From Eledone cirrhosa (taxonomy: Eukaryota): a DNA stretch of 64,000 nt. Each line of letters begins with the position of its first letter. Positions within the stretch are counted from its first letter, which is position 1. Positions 39,300 through 51,226 of this stretch are shown here, piece by piece. The notes under the pieces are model-generated. The model worked only from the letters and a program-made list of their open reading frames with translations. It did no database searches and was not told where the DNA came from. A program made the translations under genes and the position numbers. The stretch spans positions 10,354,001-10,418,000 of the forward strand of contig OZ024759.1 of the NCBI GenBank assembly GCA_964016885.1, written 5' to 3'.

Positions 39300-40002
39300 C
39301 TATTTAGCATTTAAACCAGCCATATCCAGCCAGACTTCTCTCACCTCGTTCTGTTCAAACTGGCTGTAACTGGTCACTCATACTGATGTTAAGGTATTGT
39401 TCTCAAAATACATAATATCAAAATCTGATAGGTTCGATATTATGTGAGATAATTATGGAAGATAAAGCATTTACTATGAAAATACAATAGTATATATAGA
39501 GTAATGTAAATGTTATGTGAGATATTATGTGAGGTAAAGACTTTACTGTGACAATACAATAGTAAATATAGAGTAATGTGAATGTTATGTGAGGTATTAT
39601 GTGAGGTAAAGCCTTTACTGTGAAATTATAATAGTAAATATAGAGTAATGTGAATGTTATGTGAGGTAAAGCTTTTACTGTGAAAATATAATAGTAAATA
39701 TAGAGTAATGTGAATGTTATGTGAGATATTATGTGAGGTAAAGCCTTTACTGTGAAAATACAATAGTATATATAGAGTAATGTGAATGTTATGCGAGATA
39801 TTATGTGAGGTAAAGCCTTTACTGTGAAAATACAATAGTATATATAAATGTTATGTGAGATATTATGTGAGGTAAAGCCTTTACTGTGACAATACAATAG
39901 TATATATAGAGTAATGTAAATGTTATGTGAGATTATGTGAGGTAAAGCCTTTACTGTGAAACTATAATAGTATATATATAGAGTAATATGAATGCTAGAG
40001 GG
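39300..40002 (+). mobile_element. piggyBac-like MITE with about 8 72/60-bp units
   Basis: TTAA at 39296 and 40003; degenerate TIRs. Confidence 0.8.
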
Positions 40003-40960
40003 TTAAATCTACTAAAACTAACCTCACTGTTAAATAATGTCGTTCTAGTCTTCTGTTGTTTTCTAAACAACATATTGTTCTATGACTGTCAGAATAGATT
40101 CTGACATCAAAATAAGACCAAAGCATTCCAGAATTATCTCCTCTACTAACCAACAAATTAAAACAATATTAGTCATCAACTCATATTCCTTTATTTTCTT
40201 TTGCTTTCATCTTTTTTTATTACACACTATGTAATTATTTTTTGTTTATAGTTCTCTCCGCAATAAACATTTTAGCTATTGTAAATAAACAACATATTTT
40301 TAGAATCTCTGTGTCAGTTATAAACCTTGGAAAACATCTTTAGAGTAATTCTAACGGCTATAACGATTTCTACTTTAGGCACAAGGCCAGCAACTTGAAG
40401 GGGAGGGGAAAGTCAATTAAATTGACCCCAGTGCATGACTGGTACTTTATTTTATCAACCTCGTAAGGATGAAAGGCAAAGTTAACCTTGGCGGGATTTG
40501 AACTCAGAACATAAAGGGCCGTAACTCTCTGCCACAAAGCAAGGTGTCCAACGTTCTATCGATACTGCCAATCCAATAGCTATAATGCACGTTATTCCTC
40601 CTCAGTTTATAACCAGCCCTTCCTTCCTCAGTCGACGTTATCCCCCCTTCCTTCCTCAGTCGACGTTATCACCCCCCCCCCCCCCCTCCTTCCTCAGTCG
40701 ACGTTATCACCCCTTCCTTCCTCAGTCAATGTCATCACCCCCTCCTTCCTCAGTCGACGTAATCACCCCTTCCTTCTTCAGTCAATGTCATCAGGCCGGT
40801 GTTTATTCTGGTTTCTGTGGTGTTCAGTTCCTGAGACTTCGTGACAGTCCCCCTGGACAGGACGTCAGTCCATCGCAGGGTTAAACTCCCAGCTATTGCT
40901 GGTACTCATTTTTAGCTAAGTATACTGGAGCTACATGAAATGAAGTGTTTTGTTCCACAT

Positions 40961-41296
40961 GGAGGCACATGGCTTAGTGGTTAGAGCATTGGCCTTGCAA
41001 CCGAAAGGTTGTGAGTTCAATTCTCAGACCGGGTGATGTGTTGTTTCCTTGAGCAAGACACTTTATTTCACATTGCTCCAGTTTACTCAGCTGTAGAAAT
41101 GAGATGATAGGGACTGGGGTTCCCTATCATTCCACTGTAAAGTGGTCGTGGAGGTCCCACGGCAAAAAAGCACCCAGCACTCACTGTACATGAGGTTGGT
41201 GTTAGGAAGGGCATCCAGCTGTAGAAATCAAGCCACAATCAGTTCCCGTCCCACCCTTGCAAGCAGGGAAAAGCGGACGTGAATTGATGATGATGA
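40961..41296 (+). mobile_element. SINE family B, nested in a minus-strand SINE C (about 40790-41365)
   Basis: GGAGGCACATGGCTTAGTGGTTAGAGC...GAGTTCAATTC...CCTTGAGCAAGACACTT...(GAT)n; host SINE resumes after the tail. Confidence 0.85.
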
Positions 41297-41944
41297 ACAC
41301 ACAACCCAGCCCAGGAATTGAACCCATGATATAAGTCCAACACCCTTACCACTAAGCCACGTACCTATTACATGCTGATGCAAAGCAAATCGTTCAGTAA
41401 TTGAGACATATTTTTGGTTGTTATTTGCAGCGCATAAGTAACATAAACAAAGTCAAACTAATTCAAGCGTGAATGGCAATAACCGTTGTAAACAGTTTAG
41501 GTCGACACCTGCACTACTATGCCATTCTACTAATCTAGATATAAATTTCTGTGATTCTGTCACATGTAAAGAGAAAGGAGTAGTTTGACTACCTCATACT
41601 ACTCCTCTCTTTTTACATCTGCTGCCTCTGTGAATGTATGTGTGTGTGTAAATAGAAGGAAGGGGATGGTGAAAAAAACTACGCTGTGTATGTGTGTGTG
41701 TTTGTGTAAATGTATGTGTGTGTGTGTTTCTGTGAATGTATGTCTGAGTATATTTTCATAAATGTGTCTGTGTTTGTGTGTTTATATTTATATACTCATA
41801 CATATAAATGTATGCATATACACATATACACACATATACACATATATATGCATGCGCGTCAATGTATGGAAAAAATTCTAGTTATATGAAAAAAAATGAC
41901 TGCATAATTTTCATAACCCTTTTATTTTTTTTACATGGTTAGGT

Positions 41945-42939
41945 CAGGCCTCTGTCTGCTACTGGTACCATGTAACCCAGTACAACCTGCTACATGGTCA
42001 GGTCAGGCCTGCTACTGGTACCATGTAATCCAGTACAACCTGCTACATGGTCAGGTCAGGCCTGCTACTGGTACCATGTAATCCAGTACAACCTGCTACA
42101 TGGTCAGGTCAGGCCTGCTACTGTAACCATGTAACCCAGTACAACTTGCTACATGGTCAGGTCAGGCCTGCTACTGGTACCATGTAACCCAGTACAACCT
42201 GCTACATGGTCAGGCCTGCTACTGGTACCATGTAACCCAGTACAACCTGCTACATGGTCAGGCCTGCTTCTGGTACCATGTAACCCAGTACAGCCTGCTA
42301 CATGGTCAGGGCAGGACTGCTACTGCTACCATGTAACCCAGTACAACCTGCTACATGGTCAGGGCAGGACTGCTACTGCTACCATGTAACTCAGTACAAC
42401 CTGCTACATGGTCAGGCCTGCTACTGGTACCATGTAACCCAGTACAACCTGCTACATGGTCAGGTCGGGCCTGCTACTGGTACTATGTAAGCCAGTACAG
42501 CCTGCTACATGGTCAGGTCAGGCCTGCTACTGGTACCATGTAAGCCAGTACAGCCTGCTACATGGTCAGGTCAGGCCTGCTACTGGTACCATGTAACCCA
42601 GTACAGCCTGCTACATGGTCAGGTCAGGCCTGCTACTGGTACCATGTAAGCCAGTACAGCCTGCTACATGGTCAGGTCAGGCCTGCTACTGGTACCATGT
42701 AAGCCAGTACAGCCTGCTACATGGTCAGGTCAGGCCTGCTACTGGTACCATGTAAGCCAGTACAGCCTGCTACATGGTCAGGTCAGGCCTGCTACTGGTA
42801 CCATGTAAGCCAGTACAGCCTGCTACATGGTCAGGTCAGGCCTGCTACTGGTACCATGTAACTCAGTACAACCTGCTACATGGTAACGTCAGGCCTGCTA
42901 CTGCTACCATGTAACCCAGTACAGCCTGCTACATGGTCA
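41945..42939. repeat. 53-bp (48-bp variant) minisatellite, about 19 copies
   Basis: CTGCTACTGGTACCATGTAACCCAGTACAACCTGCTACATGGTCAGGTCAGGC. Confidence 0.95.
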
Positions 42940-43317
42940 AGAGGTCAGCGACTAAACTGGCTCCCCCACAAGACCCTACTCTGGTGAGGAAGCCAAGTGG
43001 AACCCCAGCAACATAAAGAACAAGAGCTGTTAAAAGGGACAGATGAACTCCTCAAAGTCAACGGCCATCCACTCCAACTAGGGGTTAAATAGTCTCACCA
43101 ACCTGCAATTGGCCAAGTGTGGTGTATGGCTACACCCCTGAAGACATGACCAACACCAGACGGAAAGCAATGGAGGTCAACCGGGGATAGGTTCCTCCAA
43201 CAAGTGTGAGAAGGCCCTGGGTTGTATTGAACCCTTTCATTACAATATTTCTAATGAAAGACATTGCCTTTGGTTTTCAAATATATATATATTTTTTTTT
43301 TAATTAAAAAAATGTAA

Positions 43318-44599
43318 CCCTTTAACATTTACATTACTCTATATATACTATTGTATTGTCACAGTAAAGGCTTTACCTCACATAATATCTCACATAACAT
43401 TTACATTACTCTATATATACTATTGTATTGTCACAGTAAAGGCTTTACCTCACATAATATCTCACATAACATTTACATTACTCTATATATACTATTGTAT
43501 TGTCACAGTAAAGGCTTTATCTCACATAATATCTCACATAACATTTACGTTACTCTATATATACTATTGTATTGTCACAGTAAAGGCTTTACCTCACATA
43601 ATATCTCACATAACATTTACATTACTCTATATATACTATTGTATTGTCACAGTAAAGGCTTTATCTCACAATATCTCACATAACATTTACATTACTCTAT
43701 ATATACTATTGTATTTTCACAGTAAAGGCTTTATCTCACATAACATTTACATTACTCTATATATACTATTGTATTGTCACAGTAAAGGTTTTATCTCACA
43801 ATATCTCACATAACATTTACATTACTCTATATATACTATTGTATTTTCACAGTAAAGGCTTTATCTCACACAATATCTCACATAACATTTACATTACTCT
43901 ATATATACTATTGTATTTTCACAGTAAAGGCTTTATCTCACACAATATCTCACATAACATTTACATTACTCTATATATACTATTGTATTTTCACAGTAAA
44001 GGCTTTATCTCACACAATACCTCACATAACATTTACATTACTCTATATATACTATTGTATTTTCATGGTAAAGGCTTTATCTCACACAATATCTCACATA
44101 ACATTTACATTACTCTATATATACTATTGTATTTTCACAGTAAAGGCTTTACCTCACACAATATCTCACATAACATTTACATTACTCTATATATACTATT
44201 GTATTTTCATGGTAAAGGCTTTATCTCACACAATATCTCACATAACATTTACATTACTCTATATATACTATTGTATTTTCACAGTAAAGGCTTTATCTCA
44301 CACAATACCTCACATAACATTTACATTACTCTATATATACTATTGTATTTTCATGGTAAAGGCTTTACCTCACATAAAATCTCATAGCATTCACATTACT
44401 CTATATAGACTATTGTATTTTCATGGTAAAGGCTTTACCTCACATAAAATCTCACATGATATCAAATCTATGAGATTTTGATATTATTTATTTTGAGAGC
44501 AATACCTTAACATAAGTATGAGTGGCCAGTTATGGCTGGTTTAAACAGAAAGAGGTGAGAGAATTCTGACCGGATATGGTTGGATTAAATGCTAAAGGG
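43318..44599 (-). mobile_element. piggyBac-like MITE with about 16 72-bp units
   Basis: CCCTTTAACATTTA at 43318; TAAATGCTAAAGGG|TTAA at 44599. Confidence 0.85.
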
Positions 44600-44782
44600 T
44601 TAAAGGGAGGAGGGCCTGTGTTGTTCCTCCTTGTTCAATATTTAGGCAGTGGGCCAACATGTAGTATAAAGTATTTGTGTTACATAGTTGGTCTCCTTCC
44701 AGTTCCAGTGAGGATCACAACAGATTGTCTTACTACTTTCTATATTTACCAAGCTTTCAACATACGACACTTTCATTTACGT

Positions 44783-44808
44783 CCTCTCTCTCTCTCCACA
44801 TCGTAGTG

Positions 44809-44840
<32 letters not shown>

Positions 44841-44852
44841 CACATCGTAGTG

Positions 44853-44910
<58 letters not shown>

Positions 44911-45100
44911 CATCGTAGTGTGTTTCTCTCTCTCTTTCTCTCCCTTTCTATTTCTCTCTCTTTCTCTCTCTTTCTCTCCCTTTCTCTTTCTCTCCCTCTC
45001 TCTTTCTCTCCCTCTCTCTCTCCACATCATAGTGTGTTTCTCTCTCTCCCACTCTACATTGTAGTGTGTTTCTCTCTCTCTCTCTCTCTCTCTCCACATC
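44783..45100. repeat. (CT)n microsatellite punctuated by CCACATCGTAGTGTGTTT
   Basis: Seen directly. Confidence 0.9.
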
Positions 45101-45209
45101 GTTATGTCTGCCCCCCTCTCTCTCCTTATTTACATTGTTGTCTATTTGTCTCCTCCCCTCTCTATTTACACACCTATACACACCCACGTGTGTCTGTATA
45201 TATTATCAT

Positions 45210-48092
45210 CATTGGACAAGTCCTCAGTACAGCATCTCTCCCCTGATTGTGTTCCTGGCATGGGTTGGACAGGTCCTTCTCAGTACAGCATCTCTCCCCT
45301 GATTGTGTTCCAGGCATGGGCTGGACAGGTCCTTCTCAGTACAGCATCTCTCCCCTGATTGTGTTCCAGGCATGGGCTGGACAGGTCCTTCTCAGCACAG
45401 CATCTCTCCCCTGATTGTGTTCCTGACATGGGTTGGACAGGTCCTTCTCAGCACAGCATCTCTCCCCTGATTGTGTTCCTGACATGGGTTGGACAGGTCC
45501 TTCTCAGTACAGCATCTCTCCCCTGGTTGTGTTCCTGACATGGGTTGGACAGATCCTTCTCAGTACAGCATCTCTCCCCTGATTGTGTTCCAGGCATGGG
45601 TTGGACAGGTCCTTCTCAGTACAGCATCTCTCCCCTGGTTGTGTTCCTGGCATGGGTTGGACAGGTCCTTCTCAGTACAACATCTCTCCCCTGATTGTGT
45701 TCCAGGCATGGGTTGGACAGGTCCTTCTCAGTACAGCATCTCTCCCCTGGTTGTGTTACTGGCATGGGTTGGACAGGTCCTTCTCAGTAGAGCATCTCTC
45801 CCCTGGTTGTGTTCCTGACATGGGTTGGACAGGTCCTTCTCAGTACAGCATCTCTCCCCTGGTTGTGTTCCTGGCATGGGTTGGACAGGTCCTTCTCAGT
45901 ACAGCATCTCTCCCCTGATTGTGTTCCTGGCATGGATTCGACAGGTCCTTATCAGTACAGCATCTCTCCCCTGAGTGTGTTCCTGGCATGGGTTGGACAG
46001 GTCCTTCTCAGTAGAGCATCTCTCCCCTGGTTGTGTTCCTGGCATGGATTCGACAGGTCCTTATCAGTACAGCATCTCTCCCCTGAGTGTGTTCCTCGCA
46101 TGGGTTGGACAGGTCCTTCTCAGTACAGCATCTCTCCCCTGATTGTGTTCCTGGCATGGGTTGGACAGGTCCTTCTCAGTACAGCATCTCTCCCCTGATT
46201 GTGTTCCTGGCAGGGATTCGACAGGTCCTTCTCAGTACAGCATCTCTCCTGGTTGTGTTCCAGGCATGGGTTGGACAGGTCCTTATCAGTACAGCATCTC
46301 TCCCCTGAGTGTGTTCCTGGCATGGGTTGGACAGGTCCTTCTCAGCACAGCATCTCTCTCCTGGTTGTGTTCCTGACATGGGTTGGACAGGTCCTTCTCA
46401 GTACAGCATCTCTCTCCTGATTGTGTTCCTGGCATGGGTTGGACAGGTCCTTCTCAGTACAGCATCTCTCCTGGTTGTGTTCCTGGCATGGGTTGGACAG
46501 GTCCTTCTCAGTACAGCATCTCTCCCCTGATTGTGTTCCTGACATGGGTTGGACAGGTCCTTATCAGTACAGCATCTCTCCCCTGAGTGTGTTCCTGGCA
46601 TGGGTTGGACAGGTCCTTCTCAGTACAGCATCTCTCCCCTGGTTGTGTTCCTGGCATGGGTTGGACAGGTCTTTCTCAGTACAGCATCTCTCCCCTGGTT
46701 GTGTTCCTGGCATGGGTTGGGCAGGTCCTTCTCAGTACAGCATCTCTCCCCTGGTTGTGTTCCTGGCATGGGTTGGACAGGTCCTTCTCAGTAGAGCATC
46801 TCTCCCCTGATTGTGTTCCTGACATGGGTTGGACAGGTCCTTCTCAGTAGAGCATCTCTCCCCTGATTGTGTTCCTGACATGGGTTGGACAGGTCCTTCT
46901 CAGTAGAGCATCTCTCCCCTGGTTGTGTTCCTGACATGGGTTGGACAGGTCCTTCTCAGTAGAGCATCTCTCCCCTGATTGTGTTCCTGGCATGGGTTGG
47001 ACAGGTCCTTCTCAGTACAGCATCTCTCCCCTGGTTGTGTTCCTGGCATGGGTTGGACAGGTCCTTCTCAGTAGAGCATCTCTCCCCTGATTGTGTTCCT
47101 GGCATGGGTTGGACAGGTCCTTCTCAGTACAGCATCTCTCCCCTGGTTGTGTTCCTGGCATGGGTTGGACAGGTCCTTCTCAGCACAGCATCTCTCCCCT
47201 GATTGTGTTCCAGGCATGGGTTGGACAGGTCCTTCTCAGTACAGCATCTCTCGCCTGATTGTGTTCCAGGCATGGGCTGGACAGGTCCTTCTCAGCACAG
47301 CATCTCTCCCCTGATTGTGTTCCAGGCATGGGCTGGACAGGTCCTTCTCAGCACAGCATCTCTCCCCTGATTGTGTTCCTGACATGTGTTGGACAGGTCC
47401 TTCTCAGCACAGCATCTCTCCCCTGGTTGTGTTCCTGACATGGGTTGGACAGATCCTTCTCAGTACAGCATCTCTCCCCTGATTGTGTTCCAGGCATGGG
47501 TTGGACAGGTCCTTCTCAGTACAGCATCTCTCCCCTGGTTGTGTTCCTGGCATGGGTTGGACAGGTCCTTCTCAGTACAACATCTTTCCCCTGGTTGTGT
47601 TACTGGCATGGGTTGGACAGGTCCTTCTCAGTAGAGCATCTCTCCCCTGGTTGTGTTCCTGACATGGGTTGGACAGGTCCTTCTCAGTACAGCATCTCTC
47701 CCCTGGTTGTGTTCCTGGCATGGGTTGGGCAGGTCCTTCTCAGTAGAGCATCTCTCCCCTGGTTGTGTTCCTGACATGGGTTGGACAGGTCCTTCTCAGT
47801 AGAGCATCTCTCCCCTGATTGTGTTCCTGGCATGGGTTGGACAGGTCCTTCTCAGTAGAGCATCTCTCCCCTAGTTGTGTTCCTGACATGGGTTGGACAG
47901 GTCCTTCTCAGTAGAGCATCTCTCCCCTGATTGTGTTCCTGGCATGGGTTGGACAGGTCCTTCTCAGTACAGCATCTCTCCCCTGGTTGTGTTCCTGGCA
48001 TGGGTTGGAAAGGTCCTTCTCAGTAGAGCATCTCTCCCCTGATTGTGTTCCTGGCATGGGTTGGACAGGTCCTTCTCAGTACAACATCTTTC
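45210..48092. repeat. 56-bp minisatellite derived from an RTE 3' end, about 51 copies
   Basis: GGCATGGGTTGGACAGGTCCTTCTCAGTACAGCATCTCTCCCCTGATTGTGTTCCT; core matches 9911-9950. Confidence 0.93.
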
Positions 48093-48179
48093 CATTCACC
48101 AGATGTAAGTGTGTGTATGTAAATATATTTTTCTAAATACACCTTTCAACAAATGATATCCTTGAGCACCCTCCCCTCT

Positions 48180-50338
48180 AATAGTATATATAGAGTAATG
48201 TAAATGTTATGTGAGATATTATGAGAGGTAAAGCCTTTACTGTGAAAATACAATAGTATATATAGAGTAATGTATATGTTATGTGAGATATTATGTGAGG
48301 TAAAGCCTTTACTGTGAAAATACAATAGTATATATAGAGTAATGTAAATGTTATGTGAGATATTATGTGAGGTAAAGCCTTTACTGTGACAATACAATAG
48401 TATATATAGAGTAATGTAAATGTTATGCGAGATATTATGTGAGGTAAAGCCTTTACTGTGACAATACAATAGCATATATAGAGTAATGTAAATGTTATGT
48501 GAGGTATTATGTGAGGTAAAGCCTTTACTGTGACAATACAATAGCATATATAGAGTAATGTAAATGTTATGTGAGATATTATGTGAGGTAAAGCCTTTAC
48601 TGTGACAATACAATAGTATATATAGAGTAATGTAAATGTTATGTGAGATATTATGTGAGGTAAAGCCTTTACTGTGAAAATACAATAGTATATATAGAGT
48701 AATGTAAATGTTATGTGAGATATTATGTGAGGTAAAGCCTTTACTGTGAAAATACAATAGTATATATAGAGTAATGTAAATGTTATGTGAGATATTATGT
48801 GAGGTAAAGCCTTTACTGTGAAAATACAATAGTATATATAGAGTAATATAAATGTTATGTGAGATATTATGTGAGGTAAAGCCTTTACTGTGAAAATACA
48901 ATAGTATATATAGAGTAATGTAAATGTTATGTGAGATATTATGTGAGGTAAAGCCTTTACTGTGACAATACAATAGTATATATAGAGTAATGTAAATGTT
49001 ATGCGAGATATTATGTGAGGTAAAGCCTTTACTGTGACAATACAATAGCATATATAGAGTAATGTAAATGTTATGTGAGGTATTATGTGAGGTAAAGCCT
49101 TTACTGTGACAATACAATAGCATATATAGAGTAATGTAAATGTTATGTGAGATATTATGTGAGGTAAAGCCTTTACTGTGACAATACAATAGTATATATA
49201 GAGTAATGTAAATGTTATGTGAGATATTATGTGAGGTAAAGCCTTTACTGTGAAAATACAATAGTATATATAGAGTAATGTAAATGTTATGTGAGATATT
49301 ATGTGAGGTAAAGCCTTTACTGTGAAAATACAATAGTATATATAGAGTAATGTAAATGTTATGTGAAATATTATGTGAGGTAAAGCCTTTACTGTGAAAA
49401 TACAATAGTATATATAGAGTAATGTAAATGTTATGTGAGATATTATGTGAGGTAAAGCCTTTACTGTGAAAATACAATAGTATATATAGAGTAATGTAAA
49501 TGTTATGTGAGATATTATGTGAGGTAAAGCCTTTACTGTGAAAATACAATAGTATATATAGAGTAATGTAAATGTTATGTGAGATATTATGTGAGGTAAA
49601 GCCTTTACTGTGAAAATACAATAGTATATATAGAGTAATGTAAATGTTATGTGAGATATTATGTGAGGTAAAGTCTTTACTGTGACAATACAATAGTATA
49701 TATAGAGTAATGTAAATGTTATGTGAGGTATTATGTGAGGTAAAGCCTTTACTGTGACAATACAATAGTATATATAGAGTAATGTAAATGTTATGTGAGA
49801 TATTATGTGAGGTAAAGCCTTTACTGTGAAAATACAATAGTATATATAGAGTAATGTAAATGTTATGTGAGGTAAAGCCTTTACTGTGAAAATACAATAG
49901 TATATATATAGTAATGTAAATGTTATGTGAGATAATATGTGAGGTAAAGCCTTTACTGTGAAAATACAATAGTATATATAGAGTAATGTAAATGTTATGT
50001 GAGATATTATGTGAGGTAAAGCCTTTACTGTGACAATACAATAGTATATATAGAGTAATGTAAATGTTATGTGAGGTAAAGCCTTTACTGTGACAATACA
50101 ATAGTATATATAGAGTAATGTAAATGTTATGTGAGATATTATGTGAGGTAAAGCCTTTACTGTGACAATACAATAGTATATATAGAGTAATGTAAATGTT
50201 ATGTGAGGTATTATGTGAGGTAAAGCCTTTACTGTGAAAATACAATAGTATATATAGAGTAATGTAAATGTTATGTGAGGTAAAGCCTTTACTGTGAAAA
50301 TATAATAGTATATATTGGCCGGTTTAAATGGTAAAGGG
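48180..50338 (+). repeat. 72-bp satellite array (about 30 units) with one MITE terminus
   Basis: Same unit; ends GGCCGGTTTAAATGGTAAAGGG at 50338; no left TIR seen. Confidence 0.92.
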
Positions 50339-50793
50339 TTAGAGTGGCTACAGCTCAACCATATGTTTCTGATGATGATGATGTGGTTTTTTTTACTGAT
50401 AATAATTTTCTACTTTTGGTACAAGGCCAGAAATTGTCCCAGTGCATTACTGGTACTTTATTTTATTAACCCCATAAGGATGCCATAACATTGTAAGCAT
50501 TAAGTAGAAATAGAAGCTTATGTCATATTTTGACTAAAGAAATTAGCCCGATAGTGGCTTTTTTGTGATGGGTATTGACATTGTAAATATGTATATATAT
50601 ATATTAATTAAAATAACAGATTAAATGTTAAGCAAAGAATCGCTGCTTTCACCCTTAACGGGATCTTCTGAAAAGAGTTTCAGAATATTTTAATAAATAT
50701 TTGCTCTACGGTTCTTATATATTTGATATATATTTATCCTTATCGAGCCCTCTTTGGATGTTAGTCTTCACATTTATTATTATTACTATATAT

Positions 50794-50919
50794 ATAGGAA
50801 AAAGTATGACCCCGACGGGAGAGCTCAAGCCATTTCGACGGCTATTTCTGGACAAATAGCCGTCCAGAAATAGCCGTCGAAACGGCTTGAGCTCTGGTTG
50901 GGGTCATACTTTTTCCTAT
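50794..50919. repeat. Long near-perfect inverted repeat (arms about 58 bp)
   Basis: ATAGGAAAAAGTATGACCCC...AGAGCTCAAGCCATTTCGACGGCTATTTCTGGAC / GTCCAGAAATAGCCGTCGAAACGGCTTGAGCTCT...GGGGTCATACTTTTTCCTAT. Confidence 0.92.
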
Positions 50920-51226
50920 TTCCCACTCTACTACCCTAAGTATTGAGTACTCTGGTGCGTTACGGTCCATCTGGTTCCTTACGACAATTTCTTTGTTATA
51001 TATATATATATATATATATATAGATATATATATAGATATATATATATCTATATATATATATATGTGTGTGTATATAAAGAGGTAATCTTCACCCATTTGG
51101 GAAGGTTTTTGGGGGCAGACTCCTCAGACAGCTTCCAGAGAGTCCTGTCAGAAGCAACCCTCTCCAACTGATCCAGCTGGATTGCCAAGTGTGATCAGCC
51201 AAGCTTATGGATGTTATCCAACTATC

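Noticed and set aside
40961-41035. tRNA-like sequence with A and B boxes
   Set aside because: Head of a multi-copy SINE continuing into body and tail, not a tRNA gene.
48146-50358. Long YFHSKGFTSHNI / FTVKALPHII ORFs here and at other arrays
   Set aside because: Translations of the 72-bp non-coding satellite.
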